Assembly (NCBI GenBank): GCA_051294375.1
Contig: CM119271.1
Coordinates: 7,934,763-7,997,918, forward strand
Direction of reading: 5' to 3'
Source of the DNA: Paraspadella gotoi
Lineage: Eukaryota; Animalia; Chaetognatha
Length of the DNA stretch: 63,156 bases
Each line of letters starts with the position of its first letter. The first letter of the stretch is position 1. Below the pieces are notes generated by a model, which did no database searches, was not told the DNA's origin, and worked only from the letters and a program-made list of their open reading frames with translations. Of the stretch, positions 21,320 through 36,209 are shown one piece after another. Both the position numbers and the translations under genes were made by a program.

Positions 21320-24300
21320 CTCTCTCTACAAATCTCCCTCCAAGATGCTCTTTTGTCTGCCTCGGTGCGTTTTTTGTTTTCCCGCCGCGTCGCCGCCAGG
21401 AGTGTTCCCACTTCGGGCCATTCGTAGGCAAGAGGAGGCGGAAAAATGTCCCCGTCGACGCGTGAGACGACGAAACGACGACAGAAGACGACGGACGAAG
21501 ACGACGACGCAAGACGAAGACGACGACGACGACGAAGACGACGACGAAGACGACGACCAATACGACGAGAAGGATGTAGACGAAACAGCGGCGAAAATGA
21601 CAAAGACAAAGACGATAACAAAGACGACGAACGACGAGGACGATGACGTCGACCCCGACGAATGTTTTTCTTTCATGAATATTACAAAACAGTGAAATTT
21701 GTTATTTCTGTTTTTCCGCATTTTATTCAAAAGCATATTCAAAGCACGGGACCGCTCGCTTACTTCCTTTTTTTTTTTATGTCAGTCGGTTGTTTCGACT
21801 ATGTATATTATGTTTTGTCTTAAATTATGCTAAAAAAGCATTTTTTTTTTTAATTCTTAATTGAGAACGAGCGCGAAAATAAAAAGTTTAAAATTTCCGG
21901 ACTCTGATCCTCTTCGGTTCGCCATTTTGTCGGACTCGGTGGGCGTGGCGACGGGACGACGTCGGGGACGATAAAGAATAATGACGTCGACGACGACGAC
22001 GATTTAAGACTAAAAAATATAAAGAACTACGTAGATTATAAGAATAATCAACATCGGGCCACCGAACAAGCTTCTGGTACCATTTTAAATTCTCGTTGCT
22101 AAGCTGCGATTGCTAAATTTCCCACGCACCTCCCCCCCCCGAATCGGGCCCGCGCGTCAAAATCCTTCTTAAACTCGATCCTCGGATTCAAACACACGTT
22201 CAATCCGCTCAACTTCAGATGCCAGAGATTTTTTTTTAAAAAAAATTTCGCAGGTGCAAAAAAAAAAAAAAAAAGAATAATCCGCAGGTGCCAAGATTTC
22301 TTTTCCCTTTTTTTTTTTTGGCGCAAGATGTCGCGACGTCGTCTGAAAAAAAAAAAATCGCCGGTTCAATTTCGATTCCAATACCAATTTTAATCCCGAC
22401 GAGGATGATGACGACGACGACACGACGACGAAATCGATCCAAAGATCGAAAATACCGACGTTTAATCCTAGTTTTCATGATGATGATATGATGATGACGA
22501 TGATTGATGATGATATTGATGATGGATGATGATGATGATTGATGATGATTGATATGATGACGACGACGAAAACACAAGTCGATGTTCTTATTCACCACTA
22601 ATACACTACTACTAAAACATTTTTAAAAGGGTTTCACGTCAAAAAACGGATCAAAATTAACAACGATACGACTCCTCTCTGCGACAACGACAAAGGAGTA
22701 CAAAAGTCGACAAATGACAACGACAACGACGACGACAGCGATTACGACAATCACGACGACAACCAAATTCGCAACGACGACAACGATGACGACGACGACA
22801 ACGACAACGACGAATATGACTCGGAAGACGATTCACACCTGCGCGCGGGAAATAAACCGCAGGAAAGCGACATAAAGCAAAACAAAAAAAAAACGGTTTT
22901 TTTTTTTTCGTTTTTTTATCTTTTTCTCGTTTTTTTACGAGACGCGCGAAACTCTAAAGACAAAAAAAAAGTCGCCTGGTTTGGAACTTAGAGAGATTTT
23001 AAGACTTTCTCTCTTTGTGATAGAAAAGTCGCTGGAGTCGGGATGGTGGTTGCTGCTGCTGCTGCTGCTGCTGTTGTTGTTTTTGTTTTTGGGATATTTT
23101 TGTTGTTCGCTTAGTGGTAGGGCTCAAACGAGCTTCATACATGCGCGGATGTTTTACAATATTCTTTTTTTTAAAGAATTATGGGAAATGCTGCCAACTT
23201 TTCACAAAATGCTGAAAAACTGAAAAATTAGAGCATTTCTTCAATATCTCGAAGGGCATTAAGTATACTCAAACGAAATCAGTTTTAATCATTAAAGCGT
23301 AAAAAACTGTACATGTTGGACACCTTACTTGATGAATTAAGTGCATCTTCTATTAAATGGTGATTTTTTTTAATAATCGATGTTTTGTATTTTTACCTGT
23401 TGTGTTTGTGATTTGTATTATTGATCAATTATCATGATTACAAAAGCTTGACATAAAAATTGTCGTTTCGCGCGCATAATTGTTTTTTCTTTCTTCAATT
23501 CTCAAATATCAATTTTGTCTTTTTACCCTTTATCAATTTCTTTTTTATTTTTTTTTTATAATTCATTCCTTTTTTTCCTTTCTTACTTTCTTTGTTTCTT
23601 TCTTTCGTGTTTTCGTTCTTTCTTTATTCTTTTCTTTTTCTATGTCATTTTTAGCTTGATTAATTAATTATCTGATCAGCTGCTTACCGCTAATGATCGT
23701 TAGCAGATCCGGGATTGTTTGCTCAAACTTGTTCTTTTTTCGTTCTTGTTTATATTGCTGTCTCTCTCTCTATCTTTATTTTCTTTCCTCCTTATCCTCT
23801 CCCGGCGCCCAACGTCTACGAATCGATAAGCCCCCGCGGTTTTCAAAAAATCCCCGTCGCTCGTCCGAGTTGCGTCGCCTCGTCCCCCTAGCGGCGACCC
23901 CTTAACGCCGAGTTTTCGCCGCGAGAGGCGCGCGTGTGTTGATCGTAAAACGACGAATTCGAAACCCGCGATTCTCTCTCTCTCTCCCTGGGGAAAGATG
24001 TGGGGAAACGGAGGGGAAGAGCGGGGAACAAAAGCGGGGAAGGATTGGGGGGAAGAGAGAAAGATAATGGTTAAGAAGGGGGGGAGAGAATAGAGGGAGA
24101 GAAAGAATGAAAATGAGTGGAAAGGAAGAAAAAAAGAAAGGAATAAGTAAAAATACTTTTTAGTTAGGTTTATAATACAAATATATCCGGATAAAATATT
24201 TTAATTTTCTTGTTAAGTGATGATTATCTTTAGTTTCTTTACTATCTGTACAAGATATAAAACAATCAAAATTTGTATTTCACCGTTTGTTCGTTTTATA

Positions 24301-24651
24301 CCTATTTCTAAAAAAAAAACTTCGATGATTAGATCTCTTAAAGACTAATACACTTTATACTAATTTAAATCAACATCAACCATGTAGATTGCTTCAGTAT
24401 TTTTATGGTAGTATCAAAATGTAATAATCACTTAATCATAAATTTATTTTGTTGAGGCATTATGAATATTTAATACGTTATTTTAATTACAAACATATAA
24501 AAAACTTCTAAAGATAAAGAGACAGAGAATTGACAACATTTAACACAATTTTACAGACAATAAAGTATTCTACACATGCTATTATAGTTTTCAATTATTA
24601 GTAAAAACAGTTTTTAGAATAATTAATGATAACTATCTTTCGATAATGACA

Positions 24652-26927
24652 TCAAGCATGTAGAAGTACAATTAATGCGGGTAAAATTAAGAATATTAAG
24701 CACTTTAGGTTTGCAAAATCTTTGACGCTAAGATTTATCCAGTCATTAAAATGATATAATAGATTTGAAATAAAAATCTCGAAAAAAACTGACTGGTCTG
24801 CACAAGAGGAGTAATTTAAGGCAGTCGTGGAAACAACAATGAGCTAAGGTTCGTAAGCTTTTAAGTATTTCTTCGTTTCTTTGGTCTCTCGATTCTCGCG
24901 TAGAAACAAATTCCTATTCAGCTTCGTGAAGGCCTTGATTTTTTTGCCATACGTCTTCAGTGAAACATAGAGAATTCCATAAAATAAAAATAAAATTAGA
25001 ATTAAATTTTTTTTGAAAAAATTCCGCCTTTCTTCCAATCAATTTCACCCGCAAAAAGGGAGTTAAAAAAAGGAAAAAGGAAAGACAAAGAAGAAAAAAG
25101 AAATTTTCGTTAAAAAAAAGCACTTGTGCCACAGTTGAAATCATTGTAGTGTGATCATACGCTGCAAGCCGTCCTTGGTAAGAGCCATTCACAAAGCAAT
25201 CACTTAAAATCTTCCAGTCTTTTTTTAAGTAGAAACCTAAATTGATTGAAAGCACATAACAGGCGGCAAGCACAGAAAAAAGGATGGACGACATTAAATG
25301 AAGTATTGATACAATTTTGTTTCCGCGTTTCCTTACAATTTTCTTTGACGCCAGTAAAATAAGAAATGAAATGGCCAATGGAAAAAAATTGGCCGATAGC
25401 AAAGTATTTTCTCGATGTTTTTCTTTGTGTAAAACCCGTTTATCTCCACTTTCTCGATGGAATAATTTAATAACTATCAAAGCTGAAAAATATAAAAAGG
25501 ACTCATATACTAAAATTAATTTGAAAATCTTCTTTTTAAAAATTAATAAAATTAGCGAATCGATTAAACCGATATTATCTCAAAAGAGAGTAGAGTAAAA
25601 ATAAGTTTGTTTCGTAAAAAGAATAATTGACTGTTGCCGAGAAATAAACCGATGTCTCTCATTTTATCGCCATGATTGTCCGAAAACACAGAAAATAATA
25701 CTTTCCAATACTGTTATCCCATTTTTTTCCTTCGGTATTTTCTATGTAAAAAAACAAATTAAGAAAATTATAATCATATTTTACTTTATAAAAACTTACG
25801 TAAAAGTAATTCTTTCGCGCATATAATGGTTTGCATTAAAATCATGCCATCTCGTTTTCGTGGACGGAGAGAATCAATCAAGTTCTGGTGAAGTTTAAAA
25901 TTTAAACTCAAGGAGACGACGAAAAAAATTGAAATAAATAGCTGTCAATCTTTGAATAGATCATCACCGACTAAGAGAACGTTTTGAAAAAAAATACGAA
26001 TTCTGTTTGATAATTTGACAAAGTACGCCAGTTCAGACAAAGTAAAAACTCGAAAAATTAAAAAGCGGAAAAAGTATTAAGAATATAAAAGAGAACTGGC
26101 GAGGTGTAGGAGTAAATGAAGTAAACTCCATGCCGAGGCCCATGAAACCTTGGACTGATCCAAGGAAACCTTCGTCAATTTTCTACCCCAACTATACTTT
26201 TCTTTAAAAATTTCCATTCTTGAACTCCGGATTTCGAGATATGATACTTGCCAGGACGTTGACGACAAGGCTATGAGATGAGCGAGCTGTAATCTCGAAT
26301 TCTCCAACTGCCACGTGTAATAGTTAGAATGAATTTTGCCTGTATCGCAGAAGCAATTTATATCTGTCACCGTGAGATTTTGCTTTCATCGTCGTAATAA
26401 TGCACTGATCCAGTAATGGGAGCGTTGGCATCGTATAATGTCGAAAACTTCTGAACCATTCTAAGGTGGGCAGACAAATTTCATCATTTAATTTTATCAT
26501 CCCCAGAAAAGTCGAAGCCGTTTGAAGCAGCGTTTGAGGAAAGGATTCGAACAACGCGTGAATTACATTTAAAATAAATTTGTGATCGTCTTTAAATCTC
26601 ATAACGTTTCCGTTTTCCTTTCTCGTTTGACGAATAAAAATCGTAGTTTATAGGAATTGCGGCGAATTCCCGCGGCGTGAAAGCAGAACAGTGGCCGCTC
26701 TTCGCCACCGATTTCTCCAAATGACGTCGAAACGTCGTCCATGTTTCGCCAGGATCGCCAAACCGTAAACCGCGGAAACGACGCAGTGAGAAGGAACACG
26801 AATAAAAAAGCCGAGACCCAAAAAATTATGGATCAGTTTTGAGAAGAAATATGTTCAGATGGTTTTCAAATCGGTGGCCAAATCGGCGACGGCCAGACGG
26901 TCTGTACGACAAGTGAGAAATACCCAT
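24652..26927 (-). pseudogene. Inverted, frameshifted copy 2 of the XK-like gene (pseudogene or, more likely, unpolished assembly copy)
   Basis: Near-identical reverse complement of 15722..18001. The ORF is broken by many 1-nt indels (fragments 26324..26602, 26077..26370, 24914..25480). Confidence 0.75.
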
Positions 26928-27691
26928 GATGAATTATCAAGGTGTCCCGAACTGTTTACAACGCGATATATATATATATATATATATTTTAGGCTTAATG
27001 GCTTAGTCTTTCCTATATACGTACAAAAGTAAAAGTCGTTGATACTAATCGCCGGCGTCGAATCAATATGTATAACGAGTAAATGAATAATCTGCTTTCG
27101 TCGTGATAAAGGTCGAATGCAGAAAATCGAAAAAAATGGGTTAATGAATAATCGGGGTTTCCTCGAGCGCTGACTATATGTCGAGAGATATCTATACCGT
27201 ATATATTAAGGGTGGGTCGAAATTTATCACTTTTTTTATATTAGAAGTATCGTGTAATATAAAATTGTATTGTCCATCATATACTTAATTCGGATATTAC
27301 TATCCCTTTTGTTACTAGTGAACCACAGTTAAACATTGAGCAGTTTAAATATTGTATCATGCATAGGAACGAAAAAAGGAAATCTAATAATAATATTTTC
27401 TATTATTTTTTCATTTATTTTTCGAAAAAAAGGAAATCTAATAATAATTTTTTTATTTATTTTTTCTATTTATTTNNNNNNNNNNNNNNNNNNNNNNNNN
27501 CAGAGAAAGAGAGAGAGGGAGAGAGAGAGAAAGCAGAGAAAGAGAGAGAAAGTGAGAGAGAGCGAGAGGCCGGCGGCCATAAATAAAAAGCGAAAATATG
27601 GCGGAAACTTCATTCGGTGACGCGAAACCATAAAATTTTTTGTGGAAAAAGTGATTCTCCCCTTGAAGCCCTGTACCTTGATAATTCCATC

Positions 27692-29972
27692 ATGGGTATT
27701 TCTCAACTTGTCGTACAGACCGTCTGGCCGTCGCCGATTTGGCCACCGATTTGAAAACCATCGTAGAACATATTTCTTCTCAAAACTGATCCATAATTTT
27801 TGGGTCTCGGCTTTTTTATTCGTGTTCCTTCTTCACTGCGTCGTTTCCGCGGGTTTACGTTTGGCGATCCTGGCGAAACATGGACGACGTTTCGACGTCA
27901 TTTGGAGAAATCGGTGGCGAAGAGCGGCCACTGTTCTGCTTCACGCCGCCGGAATTCGCCGCAATTCCTATCACTACGATTTTTATTCGTCAAAACGAGA
28001 AAGGAAAACGAAACGTTATGAGATTTAAAGACGATCACAAATTTATTTTAAATGTAATTCACGCGTTGTTCGAATCCTTTCCTCAAAACGCTGCTTCAAA
28101 CGGCTTCGACTTTTCTGGGGATGATAAAATTAAATGATGAAATTTGTCTGCCCACCTTAGAATGGTTCAGAGTTTTCGACATTATACGATGCCAACGCTC
28201 CATTACTGGATCAGTGCATTTATTACGACGATGAAAAGCAAAATCTCACGGTGACAGATATAAATTGCTTCTGGCGATACAGGCAAAATTCATTCTAACT
28301 ATTACACGTGCAGTTGGAGAATTCGAGATTACAGCTCGCTCATCTCCATAGCCTTGTCGTCAACGTCCTGGCAAGTATCATATTCGAAATCCGGAGTTCA
28401 AGAATGGAATTTTTAAAGAAAAGTATAGTTGGGGTAGAAAATTGACGAGGTTTCCTTGGATCAGTCCAAGGTTTCATGGGCCTCGGCATCGAGTTTACTT
28501 CATTTATCCTACACCTCGCCAGTTCTCTTTTATATTCTTAATACTTTTTCCGTTTTTTAATTTTTCGAGTTTTTACTTTGTCTGAACTGGCGTACTTTGT
28601 CAAATTATCAAACAGAATTCGTATTTTTTTTCAAAACGTTCTCTTAGTCGGTGATGATCTTATTCAAAGATTGACAGCTATTTATTTCAATTTTTTTCGT
28701 CGTCTCCTTGAGTTTAAATTTTAAACTTCACCAGAACTTGATTGATTCTCTCCGTCCACGAAAACGAGATGGCATGATTTTAATGCAAACCATTATATGC
28801 GCGAAAGAATTACGTTTTACGTAAGTTTTTATAAAGTAAAATATGATTATAATTTTCTTAATTTGTTTTTTTACATAGAAAATACCGAAGGAAAAAAATG
28901 GGATAACAGTATTGGAAAGTATTATTCTTCTGTGTTTCGGACAATCATGGCGATAAAATGAGAGACATCGGTTTATTTCTCGGCAACAGTCAATTATTCT
29001 TTTTAACAACAAACTTATTTTTACTCTACTCTCTTTTGAGATAATATTCGGTTTAATCGATTCGCTAATTTTATTAATTTTTAAAAAGAAGATTTTCAAA
29101 TTAATTTTAGTATAGTGAGTCACTTTTTATATTTTTCAGCTTTGATAGTTATTAAATTATTCCATCGAGAAAGTGGAGATAAACGGGTTTTACACAAAGA
29201 AAACATCGAGAAAATACTTTGCTATCGGCCAATTTTTTTCCATTGGCCATTTCATTTCTTATTTTACTGGCGTCAAAGAAAATTGTAAGGAAACGCGGAA
29301 CAAAATTGTATCAATACTTCATTTAATGTCGTCCATCCTTTTTTCTGTGCTTGCCGCCTGTTATGTGCTTTCAATCAATTTAGGTTTTCTACTTAAAAAA
29401 AGACTGGAAGATTTTAAGTGATTGCTTTGTGAATGGCTCTTACCAAGGACGGCTTGCAGCGTATGATCACACTACAATGATTTCAACTGTGCACAAGTGC
29501 GTTTTTTTTTAACGAAAATTTCTTTTTTCTTCTTTGTCTTTCCTTTTTCCTTTTTTATAACTCCCTTTTTGGCGGTGAAATTGATTGGAAGAAAGGCGGA
29601 ATTTTTTCAAAAAAAATTTAATTCTAATTTTATTTTTATTTTATGGAATTCTCTATGTTTCACTGAAGACGTATGGCAAAAAAATCAAGGCTTCACGAAG
29701 CTGAGTAGTGAATTTGTTTCTACGCGAGAATCGAGAGACCAAAGAAACGAAGAAATACTTAAAAGCTTACGAACCTTAGCTCATTGTTGTTTCCACGACT
29801 GCCTTAAATTACTCCTCTTGTGCAGACCAGTCAGTTTTTTTCGAGATTTTATTTCAAATCTATTATATGCATTTTAATGACTGGATAAATCTTACGGTCA
29901 AAGATTTTGCAAACCTAAAGTGGCTTAATATTCTTAATTTTACCCGCATTAATTGTACTTCTACATGCTTGA
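27692..29972 (+). pseudogene. Frameshifted copy 3 of the XK-like gene (pseudogene or unpolished assembly copy)
   Basis: Near-identical to 15722..18001 from ATG to TGA, with many 1-nt indels (fragments 27642..28028, 27880..28137, 29173..29421, 29497..29877). Confidence 0.75.
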
Positions 29973-32058
29973 TGTCATTATCGAAAGATAGTTATCATTA
30001 ATGTAGTTTCTAAAAACTGTTTTACTAATATTATATAATACAGTGAGAATACTGCGTAAATTGTGTTAAATGTTGTCAATTCTCTGTCCTATCTTTTAGA
30101 AGTTTTTTATATGTTTGTAATTAAAATAACGTATTAAATATTCATAATGCCTCAACAAAAATAAATTTATGATTAAGTGATTATTACATTTTGATACTAC
30201 CATAAAAAATACTGAAGCAATCTACATGGTTGATGTTGATTTAAATTAGTATAAAAGTGTATTAGTCTTTAAGAGATCTAATCATCGAAGTTTTTTTTTA
30301 GAAATAGGTATAAAACGAACAAACGGTGAAATAACAAATTTTTGATTAATGTTTATATCTTGTACAGATAGTAAAGAAACTAAAGATAATACATCACTTA
30401 ACAAGAAAATTAAAATATTTTATCCGGATATATTTGTATTATAAACTAACTAAAAAGTATTTTTACTATTCCTTTCTTTTTTCTTCCTTTCCACTCATTT
30501 TCATTCTTTCTCTCCCTCTATTCTCTCCCCCCCTTCTTAACCATTATCTTTCTCTCTTCCCCCCCCATCCTTCCCGCTTTTGTTCCCCGCTCTTCCCCTC
30601 CGTTTCCCCACATCTTTCCCCAGGGAGAGAGAGAGAGAATCGCGGGTTTCGAATTCGTCGTTTTACGATCAACACACGCGCGCCTCTCGCGGCGAAAACT
30701 CGGCGTTAAGGGTCGCCGCTAGGGGGACGAGGCGACGCAACTCGGACGAGCGACGGGGATTTTTTGAAAACCGCGGGGGCTTATCGATTCGTAGACGTTG
30801 GGCGCCGGGAGAGGATAAGGAGGAAAGAAAATAAAGATAGAGAGAGAGACAGCAATATAAACAAGAACGAAAAAAGAACAAGTTTGAGCAAACAATCCCG
30901 GATCTGCTAACGATCATTAGCGGTAAGCAGCTGATCAGATAATTAATTAATCAAGCTAAAATGACATAGAAAAAGAAAAGAATAAAGAAAGAACGAAAAC
31001 ACGAAAGAAAGAAACAAAGAAAGTAAGAAAGGAAAAAAAGGAATGAATATAAAAATAAAAATAAAAAAGAAATTGATAAAGGGTAAAAAGACAAAATTGA
31101 TATTTGAGAATTGAAGAAAGAAAAAACAATTATGCGCGCGAAACGACAATTTTTATGTCAAGCTTTTGTAATCATGATAATTGATCAATAATACAAATCA
31201 CAAACACAACAGGTAAAAATACAAAACATCGATTATTAAAAAAAATCACCATTTAATAGAAGATGCACTTAATTCATCAAGTAAGGTGTCCAACATGTAG
31301 CAGTTTTTTACGCTTTAATGATTAAAACTGATTTCGTTTGAGTATACTTAATGCCCTTCGAGATATTGAAGAAATGCTCTAATTTTTCAGTTTTTCAGCA
31401 TTTTGTGAAAAAGTTGGCAGCATTTCCGCATAATTCTTTTAAAAAAAGAATATTGTAAAACATCCGCGCATGTATGAAGCTCGTTTGAGCCCTACCACTA
31501 AGCGAACAACAAAAATATCCCAAAAACAAAAACAACAACAGCAGCAGCAGCAGCAGCAGCAACCACCATCCCGACTCCAGCGACTTTTCTATCACAAAGA
31601 GAGAAAGTCTTAAAATCTCTCTAAGTTCCAAACCAGGCGACTTTTTTTTTGTCTTTAGAGTTTTCGCGCGTCTCGTAAAAAAACGAGAAAAAGATATAAA
31701 AAAAAACGAAAAAAAACCGTTTTTTTTTTGTTTTGCTTTATGTCGCTTTCCTGCGGTTTATTTCCCGCGCGCAGGTGTGAATCGTCTTCCGAGTCATATT
31801 CGTCGTTGTCGTTGTCGTCGTCGTCATCGTGTCGTCGTTGCGAATTTGGTTGTCGTCGTGATTGTCGTAATCGTTCGTCGTCGTTGTCGTTGTCATTTGT
31901 CGACTTTTGTACTCCTTTGTCGTTGTCGCAGAGAGGAGTCGTATCGTTGTTAATTTTGATCCGTTTTTTGACGTGACACCCTTTTAAAAATGTCTTAGTA
32001 GTAGTGTATTAGGTGTAATAAGAACATCGACTTGTGTTTTCGTCGTCGTCATCATATC

Positions 32059-32116
<58 letters not shown>

Positions 32117-33301
32117 GTCATCATCATCATCATCATGAAACTAGGATTTAAACGTCGGTATTTTCGATCTTTGGATCGATTTCGTCGTCGTGTCGTCGTC
32201 GTCATCATTCCTCGTCGGGATTAAAATTGGTATTGGAATCGAAATTGAACCGGCGATTTTTTTTTTGCAGACGACGTCGCGACATCTTGCGCCAAAAAAA
32301 AAAAGGGAAAAGAAATCTTGGCACCTGTGCGGATTATTCTTTTTTTTTTTTTTTTTGCAGCCTGCGAAATCTTTTTTAAAAAAAAATCTCGGCATCTGAA
32401 GTTGAGCGGATTGAACGTGTGTTTGAATCCGAGGATCGAGTTAAGAAGGATTTTGACGCGCGGGCCCGATTCGGGGGGGGGGAGGTGGCGTGGGAAATTT
32501 AGCAATCGCAGCTTAGCAACGAGAATTTAAAATGGTACCAGAGCTTGTTCGGTGGCCCGATGTTGATTATTCTTATAATCTACGTAGTTCTTTATATTTT
32601 TTAGTCTTAAATCGTCGTCGTCGTCGACGTCATTATTCTTTATCTTCGTCCCCGACGTCGTCCCGTCGCCACGCCCACCGAGTCCGACAAAATGGCGAAC
32701 CGAAGAGGATCAGAGTCCGGAATTTTAATTTTTATTTTCGCGCTCGTTCTCAAATTAAGAATTAAAAAAAAAAAGCTTTTTAGCATAATTTAAGACAAAA
32801 CATAAATATAGTCGAAACAACCGACTGACCATAAAAAAAAAAAAGGAAGTAAGCGAGCGGCGCCCGTGCTTTGAATATGCTTTTGAATAAAATGCGGAAA
32901 AACAGAAATAACAAATTTCACTGTTTTGTATATTCATGAAAGAAAACATTCGTCGGGGTCGACGTCATCGTCCTCGTCGTTCGTCGTCTTTGTTATCGTC
33001 TTTGTCTTTGTCATTTTCGCCGCTGTCTTCGTCTACATCCTTCTCGTCGTATTGGTCGTCGTCTTCGTCGTCGTCTTCGTCGTCGTCGTCGTCGTTTCGT
33101 CTTCGTCTGTCGTCTTCGTCGTCGTCTTCGTCGTCGTCGTCTTCGTCGTCTCCACCGTCCGACGGGCGACATCTTTCCCGCCTCCTTGCTTGCCTACGAA
33201 TGGCCCGAAGTGGGAACACTCCTGGCGGCGACCGGCGGGAAAACAAAAAACGCAACCGAGGCAGACAAAAGAGCATCTTGGAGGGAGATCTTTGTAGAGA
33301 G

Positions 33302-33349
<48 letters not shown>

Positions 33350-33940
33350 AGAGAGAGGAGAGAGAGAGAGAGATGCAATTGGAGAGATAAGATAAATAGC
33401 AGAGAGAGGAACGGAAGTAGGAGAAAGAGAAAAAGTAAAAGAGAGAGAGAGCAGAAAGAGAAAGCGCAGAGAAGAGAGAGAGGAGAGAGAGAGAGAAAGA
33501 AAGAGAAAGAGAGAGAAAGTGAGAGAGAGCGAGAGGCCGGCGGCCATAAATAAAAAGCGAAAATATGGCGGAAACTTCATTCGGTGACGCGAAACGCATA
33601 AAATTTTTTGTGGAAAAAGTGATTCTCCCCTTGAGCCCTGTTGGAGAAAAGGGGCTGGAGGAAAAAAATTGAGGCTGGAGAAGACTGGAGAAAAAGGAGG
33701 CTTAAGGNNNNNNNNNNNNNNNNNNNNNNNNNAAAAAAAAAAAAAAAAAGGGCCGGAGGCTTTTTAAGGGCAGCGAGACATTTTAAAACGGAGATAACGA
33801 TTACGTCGTTTATGGTTTATATCGTCAGTTTATTTAATCGAAAAAGTTGTAATGATTTCGATATTTAAAACAACTGAAGCCGATTAAATATTTTCTTTAA
33901 GAGGAAAGGTCATTCAGCATAACAAAAAAGAGAGAGACTT

Positions 33941-34044
33941 ATCATTTTAATGACTGGATAATCTCTACGGTCAAAGATTTTGCAAACCTAAAGTGCTTAA
34001 TATTTCTTATTTACGCCGCATTAATTGTACTTCTACATGCTTGA
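33941..34044 (+). pseudogene. 3'-terminal fragment (copy 4) of the XK-like gene
   Basis: Matches the last ~100 nt of the CDS (atcattttaatgactggata...catgcttga) with indels. Confidence 0.65.
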
Positions 34045-36173
34045 TGTCAATTCTAATCGAAATAGGTATATCATAATGTAGTTTCTAAAAACTGTTTTAT
34101 ACTATAATTATATAAACAGTGAGAATCTGCGTAAATTGTGTTAAATGTTTGTCAATTCTCTGTCCTAGTTCTTTTAGAAGTTTTTTTATAATGTTGTAAT
34201 TAATAACGTATTAAATATTCATAATGCCTCAACAAAAAAAAATTTATGATTAAGTGTGATATAATTACATTTTGATTACTAACCATATTAAAATACTGAA
34301 GCAATCTACATGGTTGATGTTGATTTAAATTAGTATAAAAGTGTATTAGTCTTTAAGAGATCTAATCATCGAAGTTTTTTTTAGAAATAGGTATAAAACG
34401 AACAAAAGCGGTGAAATTCAAATTTTGATTAATGTTATATCTTGTACAGATAAGTAAAAGAAACTAAGATGAATATCATCATTAAACAAGAAAAGTTAAA
34501 ATATATTTATCCGGATATATTTTGTATTATAAAACCTAACCTAAAAAGGATTTTACTATTGCGCTTTCCTTGTTTATCTTCGCTTTCCAACTCATTTTCA
34601 TTCTTTCTCTGCCCTCTATTGCTCTCCCCCGCTGTTCTTAACCAATTAATCTTTCTCATCTCCCCCCAATCCTCCCCGCTTTTGTTCCAGCTCTTTCCCA
34701 TCCGTTCCACCACATCTTCCCCAGGGAAGAGAGAGAGAGAATCGCGGGTTTCGAATTCGTGCGTTTTAAAACATCAACACAAGCGCGCCTTCCTCGCGGC
34801 GAAACTCGGCGTTAAGGGGTTCGCCGCTAGGGGGACGAGGCGACGCAACTCGGACGAGCGACGGGGATTTTTTGAACGCGCGGGGGCTTATCGATTCGTA
34901 GACGTTGGGCGCCGGGAGAGGATAAGGAGGAAAGAAAAATAAGATAAGAGAGAGAGACAGCAATATAAACAAGAACAGAAAAAAGAACAAGTTTGAGCAA
35001 ACAATGCCGGATCTGCTAACGATCATTACGGTAAGCAGCTGATCAGATAATTAATTATCAAGCTAAAAATGACATAGAAAAAGAAAAGAATAAAGAAAGA
35101 ACGAAACACGAAAGAAAGAAACAAGAAAGTAAGAAAGGAAAAAAAGGGAATGAATTATAAAAATAAAATAAAAAAGAAAATTGATAAAGGGTAAAAAGAC
35201 AAAATTGATATTTGAGAATTGAAGAAGAAAAAACAATTATGCGCGCGAAAACGAACAATTTTTATGTCAAGCTTTTGTAATCATGATAATTGATCAATAA
35301 TACAAATCACAAAACACAACAGGTAAAAATACAAAACATCGATTATTAAAAAAAATCACCATTTATAGAAGATGCACTTAATTCATCAAGTAAGGTGTCC
35401 AACATGTAAAGTTTTTTACGCTTAATGATTAAAACTGATTTCGTTTGAGTATACTTAATGCCCTTCGAAGATATTGAAGAAATGCCTCTAATTTTCAGTT
35501 TTTCAGCATTTTGTGAAAAGTTGGCAGCATTTCCCATAATTCTTTAAAAAAAAGAAAATATTGTAAAACATCCGCGCATGTATGAAGCTCGTTTTGAGCC
35601 TAACCAGCTAAGCGAACAACAAAAATTATCCCAAAAACCAAAACACACACAGCAGCAGCAGCAGCATGCAACCACCATCCCGACTTCCAGCGACTTTTCT
35701 ATCACAAAGAAGAGAAAGTCTAAAAATCTCTCTAAGTTCCAAACCAGGCGACTTTTTTTGTTGTCTTTAGAGTTTCGCGGCGTCTCGTAAAAAAACGAGA
35801 AAAAGATAAAAAAAACGAAAAAAAACCGTTTTTTTTTTGTTTTGCTTTATGTCGCTTTTCCTGCGGTATTTCCGCGCGCAGGTGTGAAGTCTTCCGAAGT
35901 CATATTCGTCGTTGTCGTTGTCGTCGTCGTCATCGTTGTCGTCGTTGCGAATTATTGGTTGTCGTCGTGATTGGTCGTAATCGCTGTCGTCGTCGTTGTC
36001 GTTGTCATTTGTCGACTTTGTACATCCCCTTTGTCTCTGTCGCAGAGAGGAGTCGTATCGAGTTGTTAATTTTGATGATCCGTTTTTTGACGGTGAAACC
36101 CTTTAAAAATGTTTTAGTAGTAGTGTATTAGTGTGCAATAAGAACATCGACTTGTGTTTTCTGTCGTCGGTCG

Positions 36174-36209
<36 letters not shown>

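Larger units (their letters stand above)
15225..27414. repeat. Large inverted repeat (fold-back): arms ~15225..21157 and ~21381..27414, spacer 21158..21380
   Basis: Direct reverse-complement correspondence along the arms. For example, ORFs 18739..18951(-) and 23693..23905(+) are identical, and 19474..19668(-) mirrors 22981..23223(+). Confidence 0.95.

Noticed and set aside
15225-27414. Foldback/TIR transposon or Polinton as an explanation for the large inverted repeat
   Set aside because: No transposase, integrase or polymerase ORF and no TSD seen. The spacer is just inverted flanking sequence.
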